From: Octopus sinensis
Taxonomy: Eukaryota
Length of the DNA: 64,000 nucleotides
Assembly (NCBI RefSeq): GCF_006345805.1
Contig: NC_043001.1
Span: forward strand, 100,254,001-100,318,000
Direction of reading: 5' to 3'
The notes under the pieces were generated by a model. It did no database searches. It saw only the letters and a list, made by a program, of their open reading frames with translations, and was not told the DNA's origin. How positions within the stretch are numbered: position 1 is the first letter of the stretch; each line of letters opens with the position of its first letter. The position numbers and the translations under genes were made by a program. This document shows positions 13,269 to 27,560 of this stretch, piece by piece.

Positions 13269-13544
13269 TATATATATATATATATATATACATGTATATG
13301 TACATATATATGTGTATATATATATATGTATTTACATATATATAATGGAAATATGTTACAAAAAGAAAATAGAAACTACATGCGGTAATGTAAGGGGAAA
13401 GTAAGAAAAATAAACGAAAATACACATTGTAAATAAAAAAAAGTAAAGGCTTTTTATGCAAAGTAACGAAAGATATATACAATTAGATGAACTGAGGTAG
13501 GAATAAAAGTAATAAAAGTCATTATTGTGAAATTATTAAAGAGA

Positions 13545-13587
13545 TTCAAGCATACCGGTTTCGTAAGTTACTAATCATTGCTTTGAA
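13545..13587 (-). ncRNA. Decayed minimal type I hammerhead motif
   Basis: Minus strand: AAGCA-ATGATTA-GTAACTTAC-GAAAC-CG-GTA-TGCTT. Stem I AAGCA/UGCUU and palindromic stem III ACCGGU are present, but CUGAUGA has two substitutions. Confidence 0.45.
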
Positions 13588-13841
13588 TACAACTATTCAT
13601 TGCTTTGAATGAACACCGGAGTTCCTGAGAAAAAAGATTATTTGTAAGGGAGGTAATGTGAATGGTGTAAGGGATGTATGGGGGTTAGTGGTATTAATTG
13701 AAAGATTAGTAGTATTAATTGAAAGATTAGTAGTGTTCTGTATTATGTTATGTATTCATATTGAGTTGGGGAAGATATTTATTGATGAAAGTTGCTTCTT
13801 TATTCATTCTTTGTTGCATTGAGGTGTTCTGTGAACATTGA

Positions 13842-13879
<38 letters not shown>

Positions 13880-13880
<1 letters not shown>

Positions 13881-14175
13881 CATATATTTATCATGATTGT
13901 GATCATGTGATAAACAAGACTATCAGATGCTGTTATTCATCATTGCCCACAATGCGCTCTGCATCATTTGAGCTTTCAAATGATGCCTCCCCACTGGCTA
14001 GGTGAGCAGACCAACATTATCCATGACTGGAAGCCTGTCACGGGCATTGACAGGTGAATGGACTGCGGCAATGTGAAATGAAGTGTTTTGCTCAAGAACA
14101 CAATTTGCTGCCTGGTCTGGAAATCGGACCCATGATCTAGTAGACATGAGTGCAATATGCTAACCACTAGGCCAC
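13880..14175 (-). mobile_element. tRNA-derived SINE family E, diverged
   Basis: gactgcggcaatgtgaaatgaagtgttttgctcaagaacacaa...ctaaccactaggccac (reverse of the head). Confidence 0.6.
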
Positions 14176-16016
14176 ACACACACACACGTTTCTCTGTGTG
14201 TGTGTGTATCTAAAGGGGTGTGTGTATAAGTGTTTCTTGTCCTAATCTTTGCGGATTAAAAACAAAGTCCTTACTCACAAGAGCCTTGTCATTTGTTGAC
14301 AGTCTCCTGCAACACAACTGGGGGGAAAAAAGAACAAAAAGCCATCGTACTGTTTGTTAGTTGAAAAGCTTGGGGAATATTACTTTATTGGAAAGAGTGA
14401 GACTTGGTGACAGGAGATACATATATTTATGTGTTTACGTTCGTGTGTGTGTGTGTGTGTGTGTGGATATGTGCACATATTATAAATGAAGTCTCACACG
14501 TACCCGCATACATTCATGAAGAAGTACACGCACACATTTAAATACAAATATCACCAATTTCAGTGTTTCCTAATTGATACTTTAATATTGTTGTTTTATT
14601 GAAGGAAATGCAAGTGGTATTAGCTGTGGGAAGTTTTGTCAAAATGTATCCCAGGGAGCGAAAGTGAAGGCGGGAAAGGGAAGAAAAGAGAGAGAGAGGG
14701 AGAGAGAGAGAGAGAGAGGAAATGAGGGAGCATGCAAAGGAAGGAGAGAAAGAGAGAAAGTGACACACAGAGCATATAATCAACAAAACTCTTGTATTTT
14801 GTGTTGTTTGGTGCCAAGTAAATTGATGGAGTAAATCTAACTGCAAAATAAAGTGGTTTTTGTGAAGTTTCTCTGTTGAAGTATTGTTTTAAGTGGTTTG
14901 CTATTAAGTTGGTAGAAATAAAGTGGTGACAGTGGTGGAAGCAGCGGTGGTGGTGGTGGTGGATTGGGGGAGGTGGGGCTTGTTTGGTGGTGGCAGCAGT
15001 GTTCGAGCTTCAAATGCAATACCTTCTGGTATTTGTTTCAGTCCTGAGATTTTGGATGGTAGATGTAACCACTTATGATCCCCTGGCCTGCGCATACTAA
15101 GCTTCACTCCATTTCAAGCATTCAGTGCAAGTTCTCTTCCTCCTTGGAATCTCTGAATCCATCAAATCACACACTACCTTCATCGCACCAAAGATGTTGA
15201 ATAATGGAAGCCTATTTTTCATTGTTTAATGAAAAAGTCAAGGACAGCATCCATTACATTTTACCTAACTTGTGTAATTTGATAATCCTTCAGATCATTA
15301 CAACAAACCTTATTCTTGCTTAACATCTTCCTCCTCCTATTTCCCTCTACCTTTCCAATGATTCGAAGCCAATTGCTTCCACCTTTCACAGCTTTCCTCC
15401 ACTTAAAGAAATGTTTATTAAGAAATAGACTAATCAGCTTCTAAATGATGCTGTCATGGGACCCCAGTATCTCTCCGTAGCGATTACAGGTTGTAATAGC
15501 AGAAAACAGTGGCAAACAGCAACTGGTTGTCAACTGCTTACAAATAACAATTATCTTCTGCTTTCTAACTGAATTTCCATCTCCTGATATGAAATATCTT
15601 GCATGTTTTATTTCTTTTAATTCATTCTGCAGTGAAGTGGATCTGATATAGACCCCGGCAAAGATAACACTTTCACTGATTCACTTAGCAGATGTACCTC
15701 TATAAAATACTCTCCTGAAAGCAGAGATTTACAGATGTTTTTCGTATTATTCTGAGATTCAATACTTGAGAAAGAAGAAAAACTTGATGGCTATGAGCTG
15801 CAGTAACTTTATTCATAGAATGCTCAGTCTGGGTTGACAGAATCTAAACAGCATTGAGACATTATACTGTGTAATATTCCAAGCAAATCTACTCACAGCG
15901 AGAAGCACATATAAGATGAGGGCTATCACATGATCTCACTCACCAAGTACAGAACACATGGAGTAGCAACATTCATAGCCACAAAAGAACAAACAGATGC
16001 GCACACAAAAGTGCAT

Positions 16017-16054
<38 letters not shown>

Positions 16055-17099
16055 TAGCAGTCTACTGCTGGATACATCCCTCTTCAGGCCTTTTCTTGTC
16101 CATTGCCATTCTTGTCCAAACAAGTCTTGTACTTTCCCTCATCTCTTTCCGGTATTCTTCAATAACGTATCTCAATTTCTTTTTCTGTCTACTCCTCCTT
16201 CCCAATCCATCTTGCGATGTCCCTTCTGAGATTATTTTTTCCCTCTATTCCAGATAAATAGTCTGTCTTTCTCTGCTGTGTTTTTGCTATTTCCTCAAAC
16301 GTATCTTTATCCGCTGTCTCTCTTATCTCTAAACACAATTCTCTCTTTCAATCCAACTTTCCAGCTTCCTCCTCCTTTCCATAGCCTATTGCATTATTTT
16401 TGTTTCCCCCTTCATCCATCAGCTCGTCTTCTGTGTTCAGTTTCCATGTACCTCTGTTGGCAACAAACATACTTTGCTAGAAAACTTTCCTTGTTATCGA
16501 CAGAGGTAATTTCTTGCTGCAAAAGAGAAACCGAAAACAACAGAAACCACTCTTCTTTGCTTTTTGCATCCTGGCAAAAGCCTTTAATCATACATCTTGA
16601 GATGTGTAGTGGTGGTTTACTGGGAGCTGGGTCATTTGGTCTGGCTGAGTGCCACTTCCAAATAAAGCCAATCACAATGTTTAGACTTTATTTACATGTT
16701 TATTTGCAGATTGATGTTACAATTTTTATTTGGCAAAATAGTTATGCTGAATAGCAGCAGCGGCCATGTGGGAACGTATGATTAACAAGAGGAGAAAATG
16801 CTATGTCTTCATGCTTGCTGAGAGATGATCTTCTTATATGAGGCTGAAGAGGCAGAGCCTCTTGTAGAGGTTTTCTTGATTAGCCAAGAAAACCTCAATG
16901 CTGTGCACCTTGATTTATAACCATAATCAGGTATGAAACCGCATGGAATTTTCCTTTACACTTCATACTGCACAAATGACCCAAAATGACAATTGACTGG
17001 AATATGGGCCAATATTACCTGATAAGAATACTCACTGCTAATTATGGAAATTTATATGCTGTGGTCTTTCCTACTTATTAAACTGATAGGGTTTTCAAA

Positions 17100-18000
17100 T
17101 GTCAAGTACGGCTATAAATACCACATATGTTTTTCTTCGATATTTTGGTCATCCAGACCACTTCATGGGTCAAGCACTGCATAATGGTATGTCAAGTTAC
17201 GTTTTTCATTATAACACCTTCCTGAACAATTTCTAATTATTTGTGGATTGAACCATAGTTGCAATCCTTCTCATACTTGGCTGTGAAACCTTTTCTCCTT
17301 CAGACAATCCAGTTTTTGACATCAGATACCATTATGATGATGGATTATTTAACAATTGCCAGATTTCCATCTCATCACCTGACCAACATCCAATACATCT
17401 CAGAGTTTCTATATAAATGGATGGTAAAGCTATTCTTTGTCTCACACCCATTGGAAAATCTGGAAATCTATCAACAACTTCACCAGTGCATATCATTCCT
17501 TCAGCCTCTCTGAATATCAAGATGACCAAAATCTTTTCTTAACTTCTCTAAAGACCAGTCTCCCTGAATTCAACATCCCCATCTCTGATACACTTCTTTA
17601 CCATGTTGATTGCTTTCCCCATCTTAAAAGTCTTCTTTCCAACAAATGCAATTCTGAAAATGATCTGGAGAATAGAATTGGATGAGCTCATTCAATATTA
17701 AGAAAACTGGCAAAATATGTCTAAGAGAAAAAAAATATATAATCTCTTCCATCACCCAAATAAAAATTGATGGTTAACTAAACTGTTGTCACTTCTATAT
17801 TATTATACCACAGTGAAGCATGGACAATTTCTCATTGGAACTTCAAAATACAAAGACATTGAGTGAGCCACATCAATAACAATGCTGTTCAAGAAAAAGC
17901 CAACAGTCAAAGCATTGGAATGACAACCATGAAACATTGACCGTGATCGTCAGCAAACAGGTTAGAATCGGACAAGGGAGATCACTGGGTCGAATTTCCT
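17100..18000 (+). mobile_element. Old RTE (BovB-like) LINE RT/post-RT remnant
   Basis: LPEFNIPISDTLLYHVDCFPHLKSLLSNKCNSENDLENRIG*AHSILRKL resembles RTE I.I....L..VD.F.YLGS.LS.....D.EI..RI.KA..AF.RL; many stops. Confidence 0.55.
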
Positions 18001-18574
18001 TCCATAGTAATGAAGACCAGCTAAAGTCAATCCAGGAAAGAAATGGAAACGAGATGAATGAAAGCGAAGGAAATTGAAGTCAAGAATTATTCCAAATTGT
18101 GTCAGTCTATCTCTACTGGAACCAAAATTTCTGAAGTGAAAGAAAAAAGAAAAGTTGAAGAAAGACATGAATTCAAGCCTTGAATAATAACAGCCACAGA
18201 CTGTATCATGTCTTTCTTGCTTTTTTGGTTCCTGACGATTTCATCTGAGGATTGGCCATCTCGAAAAAGACTGAAATTCTCTGGGCACAAGAATCAGCTG
18301 ATGATGCTGATCTGTGTGTGTTTGTGTGTGTGTGTGTTTCATTAGCTCACTTTGCAACTGATTGGATCCAGTCTTGATGTGCAGCTCCTTCAACAAGTCT
18401 CTCCTGCTTTTGGTTGATTAATGCTTTGTGAGTGAAGTTGGTAGATGGAAAATGTGTGAAGCCCAGTGAATATATATGCATATGCATGTGTGTGTCTGTA
18501 TGTGTGCGTGCCTTTGTGTTTGTGCTTTTTCCTTTCCTGTAACTTTGCAGTTTGGCAAAAAGAAATCAATAAAA

Positions 18575-18982
18575 GGCTGTGTGGTAAGTAGCTTGCTTAC
18601 CAACCACATGGTTCTAGATTCATTCCCACTATGTGGCACCTTGGGCAAGTGTCTTCTACTATAGCCTCGGGCTGACCAAAGCCTTGTGAGTGGATTTGGT
18701 AGACAGAAACTGAAAGAAGCCCGTCTTATATAGTATATATATATATATATGTGTATGTGTGTGTATATGTTTGTGTGTCTGTGTTTGTCCCTCCCCCAAC
18801 ATCGCTTGACAACCGATGCTGGTGTGTTTACGTCCTCGTAACATATCGGTTCGGCAAAAGAGACCGATAGAATAAGTACTAGGCTTACAAAGAATAAGTC
18901 CTGGGGTCGATTTGCTCGACTAAAGGCAGTGCTCCAGCATGGCCACAGTCAAATGACTGAAACAAGTAAAAGAGTAAAAGAG
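18575..18982 (+). mobile_element. Near full-length young SINE family A, nested in an older family A copy
   Basis: Head ggctgtgtggtaagtagcttgcttaccaaccacatggttc, internal (TA)/(TG) tract, (GAGTAAAA)n tail. Flanks at about 18460-18574 and 18983-19100 join into an older same-family body. Confidence 0.88.
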
Positions 18983-19139
18983 TAGGCTAAAAACTAAGTG
19001 CCGGAGTAATTTTGATTGACCAAAACTATCAAGGTGGTGCTCCAGCATTGCCAGAGCCCAACGACGGAAACACATAAAACTGTATAAAAATAAAAGTATA
19101 AAAGAATATATATATATATGTCTATCCTTTCATTGGTTT

Positions 19140-19167
19140 TAAACATCTCCTTCACACACACACATAC

Positions 19168-19227
<60 letters not shown>

Positions 19228-19401
19228 CACATATACACACACACATGTATACATTCATGTATGGATGTATGTATGCATATACATATAAATCTACATATTT
19301 AGAAATATAATCACATATTCCAATACTCATTGATTCGTTTATATTCTGAAAGAGACATGATGTAAATATACATTTTTATTTAAAATACATGAAAATATGC
19401 T

Positions 19402-19472
<71 letters not shown>

Positions 19473-19597
19473 TTATAAACAGTTGTACATACACAGACAT
19501 ACATAATGTACAAATATATACATGTTACATATATAAATACAAATATACTCATATATATACATATTGTACATAATATCACATTAATATACATATATGT

Positions 19598-19629
<32 letters not shown>

Positions 19630-19850
19630 TCTTATATACACTATATAATACACTGTATGTCTGCATGTGTGAGTGTGTATGTGTGTGTTTATGTATGTAT
19701 GTGTGTATGTGAACATGTATGTCTATGTAAGTGCACGTGTGTTTATGTATGCGTATATATATCTTTGCATGCATGTGTTTGTGTGCGTGTGTGTATGCAT
19801 GCATGTGTGTGTATGGATGTGTGTGTGTGTGTGTGTGTGTATATACACAT
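19140..19850. repeat. Long (TA)n/(CA)n/(TG)n microsatellite field
   Basis: Pure (TA)n at about 19403-19470 plus mixed dinucleotide tracts. Confidence 0.9.
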
Positions 19851-20322
19851 AACTCCCTCACAAGAACTTCCCATTGCCATACATTATGTCAGTAACATAT
19901 GTTTAAGTAATGCAATTGATCAAATTTTTGAAAGTTATGTTTCTATTTCCTGCAGTTTCTTGTAGCAGACATCTCTATGGAATGCTCTAGAAATTCACTT
20001 ACTCTATTTTTACTGACATCACTAAAACTTGTCATTTCTCTTAATAAAAAAAAAGAAAAAAAAGATGAATATTATTGCCATGACTTGATATTACATCAAG
20101 TGAGTTCACATCGTTTAATGTGAATTTCTGCATTTCCTTTGACTTGTTAAACAGTATTGAATGAGTTAAGAATGGTAGAAGTACAGGGTGGGGTGCCAGG
20201 GAGATGTAAAGTCAGAGTAAAAAGTATTTGCTGGTGTCCTTCAGTTTGTGATTGGAATTAACTTTCTTTAGGTTTTCTAGTGAAAGACGGGAAAGGCATG
20301 AAGGCCATAAGTTTTATCCATT

Positions 20323-20712
20323 GTAGGAGTGATCGTGTGGTATGTAGCTTGCTTACCAACCACATGGTTCCGGGTTCAGTCCCACTGCGTGGCACCTTGG
20401 GCAAGTGTCTTCTACTATAGCCTCGGGCCAACCAAAGCCTTTTGAGTGGATTTGGTAGACGGAAACTGAAAGAAGCCCGTCATATATATGTGTGTGTGCT
20501 TGTGTGTCTGTGTTTGTCCCCACCTAACATTGCTTGACAACCGATGCTGGTGTGCTTACGTCCCTGTAAACTTAGTGGTTTGGCAAAAGAGACTGATAGA
20601 ATAAGTACCAGGCTTACAAAAAATAAGTATTAGGGGTCGATTTGCTCGACTGAAGGCGGTGCTCCAGCATGGCCACAGTCAAATGACTGAAACAAGTAGA
20701 AGAGAGTAAAAG
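20323..20712 (+). mobile_element. Near full-length SINE family A
   Basis: B-box-like GGTTCAGTCCC head, body collinear with 18575-18982, gagtaaaa tail. Confidence 0.88.
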
Positions 20713-20859
20713 GAGTATCAGTTAACTTAGAATTAAACGAATTGATCAAATGTTAATGGTTACCGTTTTTTTTTGTCAGGTATTGTATATTGGGGAATCT
20801 ATTTATTAGAGTTCCTGTGGTAGAGGGGAAGGTTTGGTTGTATGGTTAAGGAGCTCACA

Positions 20860-21460
20860 TTGCAATCAATTTGGTTTCAGGTTCAGTCCTACGGCATGGC
20901 ACCTTGGCTATTATCTCCAACTACAGCTCTAAGCTGATCAATGATCAAGAGTGGATTTTGTAGACAGAAATTGTGTGGAAGCCCAATGTGTGTGTGTGTG
21001 TCAGTGAGTATGTGTGTGCATTTGTGTGTGACTGAGTGTGTGTGAGTATATGAGCACACTTGTATGTGTATGTGTGTGCACTTGTGTATATGACTGTGTG
21101 TGTGTGCATCAGTGAGTATGTGTGCACACTTGTGTGTGTGAGTGTGTGTATGTGAGTGTGTATGTGTGTGTGCATATGTATATGCATGAGTGTGTGTATG
21201 TTTGTGTGTGTGTATGTATAGTTGCTTGTATGTGTATGTACATGTGCTTGTGCATGTCTGCCATCCCTGCTTGACAACCGGTGTTGGTTTGTTAATGTCC
21301 CTCCTCATAAGTTAGGGGTTCCAGCCAAAAGAGACCAATTGAATCAGTTCCAGACTTCAAAAAAATAACAAGATCTGGGGTTGATTTGTTCATTTGAATC
21401 CTTCAGTTGAGTGCTCCAGCATGTCCATAGCCAAATGAGAGAAACAAGTAAAAAGATGAA
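20860..21460 (+). mobile_element. Older SINE family A copy with expanded internal (TG)-rich tract
   Basis: Diverged head (ggttcagtcctacggcatggcaccttgg), about 270 bp TG-rich expansion, body gcttgacaaccgg...gtgctccagcatg, (AAAGATG)n tail. Confidence 0.65.
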
Positions 21461-22799
21461 AGATGAAAGATGTAAATCCATTACAGTTTTGTTTAATTCA
21501 TATTCGACAACCATGCTGGAGCAATTCTACATTTTGTGTGTTTGGTTTCGGCCACCCCAGTGATTGCCAAGCTAGAAACTGTTTTTATGGTTTTTCTTTT
21601 CTTTTTTGTTATATTTACTGTATATCTTAAAGAATGAATTGTTTTGTTTATTACTTGTTGGATGAATGAGTTAAAGGAGGCAGTTCCATCATGTCTTTTA
21701 CATGATTGGTCTTGGAACAAAGGATCGAAGTCCATCTCAGGGTAACTTTCATTAAAATTTTTAGCTTTTTCTAAAAAACTATTCCATAATCGTATTCCTT
21801 TTAAAGGTTAAAATAATTGTAGTCTTGAAGCATGAATGTGAAGAAAAAATGCCAGGATTCTGCTATTATCCCATCATTCGTCTGCTTCTTTCCTTTGTGA
21901 TATGCACTTCGTGTTAATGAGAATGTGAAGGTCCTTACTTATTCACATGCAGAAACCTTATAAACCGTCGACTATTTATAGAAAGTAATGTTGTCTTAAC
22001 ATTGGCTGACTGAGATGAATTATGTCATACCACACACAGTATATAACATGGATGTATAACATATTATGTTATGTGTTTTCTGGAATTAGACACGAACCAC
22101 TTACATCAAGTAACTGATTTCATTTATCAAAACACACTATATCCCTGAACAATAGGTTTTATTAGTTATTTGATCTTTAAGGACATCTAACGAGTTAATC
22201 AATGATTCACAGCATTTTTAGGCAGCAAATAAAAGGTTTTGTGTATTCAGCTATGAAACATTTTTGATATAACATTGAAGATGATTCCAAGAAGTGCTTC
22301 CAGAAGTTTGCTTCATACACTGATGGATGAACACAGAAGTACTCATCTTGTGTGTAACTTTCGGAATCAGATGTCAAGAAGACGTGTACATTGCTGGTTT
22401 CAGCAAAGCCTGTGGTAATACAAATCTGAGTTGCAATATGCTGTAGTTTGTGTATATTTCAAAGAGTTCTGAGGTTGGAAAAAACTGCCCCTTACAGGAT
22501 GACAGGAGATGTTTAAAATGAGATTTAAAATCATTTTTAAAAACTGTGATCATCATCATCATCATCATCATCATCGTTTAACGCCCGTTCTCCGATGATG
22601 ATGATGATGATGATGAGATTTTTTATTTAAATGAAATTGAGGTGGGTCAAGGATACTATGTGAACTATTAACATCAGTAACATCAACAACAAAGATCACA
22701 GCCCTTCTTGAATAACAAGGGAAAATTTCTTATCTTTTATTTGTTTCAGTTACTTGACTGTGGCCATGATAAACAAGGGGGGACTGAAAATGGATCTCT

Positions 22800-23110
22800 G
22801 ATGAACTTGTACCTGTAAGCTAAATTCATTGATGCTCATTGCTGACATTCACCTTACTGGCAGCATCCTTGTACATGGCTTGTATACCTCTCAACAACCA
22901 TTCATCTATCCCGAGCTTCTGCATTGACCTCCAGATAAGGGAGCAGGGGTCTCCAAGTCAACAAAAGTTAAGTAGAGAGGTTTATTCTTAGCTAAATGTT
23001 TCTCTTGTAGTTGCCTTACCAGGAAGATAGTTCCAGCAGTACTTCTCCTTGGCACAGACTGAACTGCATCTCATCCAAGCTAACCTTGTCTCTCAATATC
23101 AGAGTGCATT
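22800..23110 (-). mobile_element. RTE LINE RT fragment
   Basis: Minus strand FLVRQLQEKHLAKNKPLYLTFVDLE...LIWRSMQKLGIDEWLLRGIQAMYKDAASKVNV, collinear with 30024-30377. Confidence 0.75.
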
Positions 23111-23614
23111 TATTTGGGTAAGTGTGTATATGCGTGAGTGTCTTTGTGTGAGTATGTGAGTGTATGTGTGTAAAAACACTTATGGATTGGCTGAAATACT
23201 GTTGATTCAAGAGAGACAAATGCACCCCCCCTCACACACACACAAACTTGCACAGTGAAAGAGAAATATAATATTTGATACATTCATTTCAACTGAAAAT
23301 TAAAGCGTGATGAGGTTCCCTGATACATTAGATTCTGTTCAACTGTCCAACCCATTCCAGCATGGAAAGCAGATGCTAATTGATGCTGTAAATGTGTGTG
23401 TGTGTGTGTGTGTGTGCATGTGTGTGTGTGTGTTTGTACATGTAAGTGTGAGATTGTGTGTATGTGGGTGCAAAAATACACAAACAAACACACACACACA
23501 CACATACACACATGTATATTGTAGGCAAAAAGGGGAATAAAATTTAGCAAGAACAAAACAAAGAACTCGAATGTAACATCGTTTTTATTGGTTTGTTTTT
23601 CTTATCATTTATAG

Positions 23615-23710
23615 ATTTTCTTTGAAAAGTGCAGTGAACATCCAAACGAGATGACTAAGCTATTAAATCTCATGTGGTATCGAGTTCCATCGACATATAG
23701 TTCTCTCAAG
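23615..23710 (+). CDS. Possible isolated 96-bp exon (unverified)
   Basis: Strong polypyrimidine acceptor (tttgtttttcttatcatttatAG), open frame IFFEKCSEHPNEMTKLLNLMWYRVPSTYSSLK, weak donor AAG|GTTGAC. No homology recognised. Confidence 0.15.
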
Positions 23711-25559
23711 GTTGACTTTGCTTTTGTCTTTCCAATTTCACAAAAACCATTACTTGTAGTCCCCCCCCCACAACAAACTGTGGCCTTGAGCCTTTGTTAC
23801 TCACTAATATTTCACTCTTTCTAGAACTTCTAAGCTTTTCATCATTCTCTGTTTTAAATTGATTTTCCAATAGAGTCACCTTTGACTGCTTCTGTCTGAT
23901 GATAACTATATGGAACCTGATATGTACTGAACTGAAGCTGGAGTGTCGATCCACAACTCCAAAAAAGGAGTTTAAAAACGATCTTAAACTCCTTTTGATA
24001 TCAGAGTTTTTATGATTGATCAATAATTGAGAAGCTTCATGTGTCTCACTTTAGCGTTTGTTTCATATTTTATGAGAAATGTAAACAAATTTCTTATTTT
24101 ACAAGCTCTAACTTTGCCTGGAATATGATGTAAGTAGTGAAGCTACTGTCTTTAGTGGCACCTGAGATTCTGACTTTAGTGATGTCACAGTATATTCCTT
24201 GAATGCATAATTCCTAGATTCCTAGATCAACTTTGAAGAAGATCAATCTGTTCTGCTTGTGGTCAGATGTGTAAATAAATGTATACTAAAAAAACCAACG
24301 ACATCAAGATACAACAACAATAACATACTTTATATTTACCATAAGGGTAAATATGATGAGAGGGACATTACAAAGACAGGTTATTGTCGTGTGGAAATTT
24401 ACATACAATTGACCTGTCCAACCCATGCTAGCATGGAAAGCAGACGCTAAACGATGATGATGACAAGAAGAAAACAGATACAAGCCAAGATGGAGAACTG
24501 AAACGGAAAGTATTTATGGCATACAAAATATGTGAATACTTGGATGATGTGTCTTTCTTGATACAGGAGAGCCTTCAGCAAGGGTCTCATTGACCACTAA
24601 GGGTATCAACCCTCAGCCAGATGTTTTCACCAATCTACTGGGGCATGACTGAAGTAGTTCAATTCACACTATTTTTGTCAGTCACCCACTTTTTGGAACT
24701 TCTACCAACTGGTTTACCTGACTGATAGAGGGTCATAAATACCAAATGAAATCCCTGATGCCAGGTACCCAGTTTTAGTCCTTTTATGATCAAGGATTGC
24801 AGTTCAGTCAAAGACACTACAGAAAAGTGTCCCTCACAATTAGAGACCAATCCTGGTGTCTGCCTGAAAAACTCTGCTGATAACCCCAGCCTCCGCCTCA
24901 GCAGGAATGGCATGCTGAGTCTGCCTTCCAGAGTACACTGGCAACAGATTAACCATTTGACCAGTGAAACATGTCCTTTGCACTGGAAGCAGAAGAGCAG
25001 ACACTCCCAATGGTCAGATGTAGACTGAGGCAAAGCATGAGGATCAGGAATTAACAATAAATTCTAGAATACCTGAATATCAATCGGACATTACTAAAAT
25101 ATTTCAAAATTCTCCCCTTCAATTATATTCATACACCTCTTCTCTTATCAATTTTATATACACAAGTGCTTATAAATCAATATTCAATATCATTTTATGC
25201 TTACAACCTTCTGTCTTTATTTCTATCCTTACATTACTCGTATACTTTTATATTATGCATGCACCAAACTTTTTTTTAATCTTTATATCACATATATGCC
25301 ACAATAATTCTTTTTAACCTTTATTGAATGTATACAACAAATTACTTTTTAACAGATTGTTTTTGTGATACATTTAATGTTGAATGTTCAGTGGCTGAGG
25401 TGGCTGACATGGTTGGAAGCATCTGATCCCTTTTGATTTGATTTGCTCTTAGTCAGAGCTAATGACTCAGTATGCAACTCAATAACATAAGCAAAGGGAA
25501 AAGAAAGCTGACGACGATGACGATGATTCTTCTATGTTTGTCACAAGGCCACCAATTTT

Positions 25560-25880
25560 AAGAGGAGTTGTGATACCCATGCCAGTGGCACGTAAAAAGC
25601 ACCATCCGAACGTGGCCGTTGCCAGTGCCGCCTTGACTGGCTTGTGTGCTGGTGGCACATAAAAAGCACCAACCAATTGTGGCTGCTGCCAGCCCCCCCT
25701 GGCACGTAAAAAGCACCCACTACACTCTTGGAGTGGTTGGCGTTAGGAAGGGCATCCAGGTGTAGAAACACTGCCGGATCAGACTGGAGCCTGGTGCAGC
25801 CTTCTGGCTTCCCAGACCCTGGTCGAACCATCTAACCTGTGCTGGCATGGAAAACGGATGTTAAACGATGATGATGATGA
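25560..25880 (+). mobile_element. RTE 3' UTR with three motif units and (GAT)n tail
   Basis: gtggcacgtaaaaagcacc-like unit x3, then gtggttggcgttaggaagggcatcc...ggatgttaaacgatgatgatg. Confidence 0.8.
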
Positions 25881-26069
25881 TGGAACAAGTTAATTAAATA
25901 GACTCTAGTACTTAACTGGTACTTATTTCATTGATCCGAGACTTTAAAGGATTTGAGCTCAAAATGTAAAGAGCTGGAAGAAATTCCACTAAGGGTCCCG
26001 TCAATCCTCTCCCTTAACAGTAGAAGTGGTGGTGGTAGTAGAAGTATTATTATCAGTATTAGTAGTAGT

Positions 26070-26376
26070 AATATCCAAGGTATTGCACCTAGAAATTTAC
26101 CCTCCGAGGCACAAGTCCATCAAGGTCGTTTATGGAAGAGCAGCAGTTGTCTATGTATACCAGCCTCTCCTCTCCACACCACTGATGTTATCCAAGGGAA
26201 AGGCAAAGGGGCTGATGCAGCTTGGCACACAGCTTGGAAAACACCAATACAGCTGAGTGAACTGGAGCAATGTGAAATAAAGTGTTTTGCTCAAGAACAC
26301 AACACACAGCCCAATCTGGGAATCAAATTCAGTACCTCATGATTGTGAGTCCAACACTCTAACCACTGCGCCTTCA
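26070..26376 (-). mobile_element. tRNA-derived SINE family E
   Basis: cagctgagtgaactggagcaatgtgaaataaagtgttttgctcaagaacacaac...ctaaccactgcgccttca. Confidence 0.7.
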
Positions 26377-26377
26377 A

Positions 26378-26405
26378 TAGCAGCAGCAGCAGCAGCAGTA
26401 GTAGT

Positions 26406-26486
<81 letters not shown>
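26378..26486. repeat. Compound (AGC)n/(AGT)n microsatellite
   Basis: Alternating blocks of agc and agt triplets. Confidence 0.95.
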
Positions 26487-27129
26487 TATAATAATGGTGA
26501 AAAGCCTTCAGCAACATCTTTAGAAGCTGTGCAAAGACAATAAAATAGTAATAATAATAATAATCTTTAGTTGTGGTGGTCCATATGGACCTAAATGCTC
26601 TTTTTTTCCGAATCAGCCTCCTTTTAGACTGATTTGAAAATATAGAGTATTTAGGACCCTGTTGAAGTTGTTGCTGATGGGAGACCCCTCATTGAATTCT
26701 GGTTGAGAAGGCCTACAACCAAGAAATTGCCCACAACAACTTTTCATTCTGGCATCCAGCACTATTATCAAATGTAGTTTTTGTTTGTTGAGGTGGTGGT
26801 GGCAATTTGAGGAAGCTGTGGATGCTATTTAAAACAGAACTTCTACCTAGGTATACAACCAGCTAGAAATAATAACCAAATCTCACTCAGATAATGCCCA
26901 GCCATTTTAAAAAGACACTCACATAAATGTTGCCATGTCTGAAGGTTTGGAAAGGGAATTTCTTTCAAGTGGATCGGACTCTAATGGTAGAAGCTTGTTG
27001 TGTAACAAACGGTCTCTTGCATATCCAGAGAGTTTGTATTTCTTAATATTTCTGTTTTTACAAAGTAACTGCGCTGGAGATTTTTGTCTGCAGACAACTT
27101 ATGAGAATTCACAGGATGCTATTTTGTGT

Positions 27130-27560
27130 ATTTTTTAGTGTATTGGGGTTTCCTGGAGAGAGTTTGGAAGCCAAACAGTTATAATTTCCCAATAAACCCA
27201 ACGCATTGTCAGTTGTTTATTTCTGTTAAGCAAATGTCATGCCTGTGTTTACACCTTGTATGTCTGATGTTATTTCAACTGCCTTCTATGTGTTTTGTTG
27301 ATATTTTGGAAGTGTTGAAGAAGAGTGTCCCTAGTTTTTATGAAGTTCACTATTTCTGGTATGTAACTGAGATCAGTTTTTATGTTGCTTCTTGAGAGCT
27401 GGTTGTTGGATGAATCTATAATTACCTTTTAAAATGTGCATTAAACAATGTCGAAAGTTGTTTCATGGAGTCTTCTCCAAATTTATAAAAATTATCTTTG
27501 CTTGTTTCCCATTGGTATGCAATGAGTGCTCAGTGAGGATAATTGGTGGACAGTTCAGGT
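27130..27560 (-). mobile_element. Very decayed LINE RT N-terminal remnant
   Basis: Minus-strand KLGTLFFNTSKISTKHIE and TTDNAL loosely echo NYRPISLLNT.YKI and GRSTTD; judged by eye only. Confidence 0.3.
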
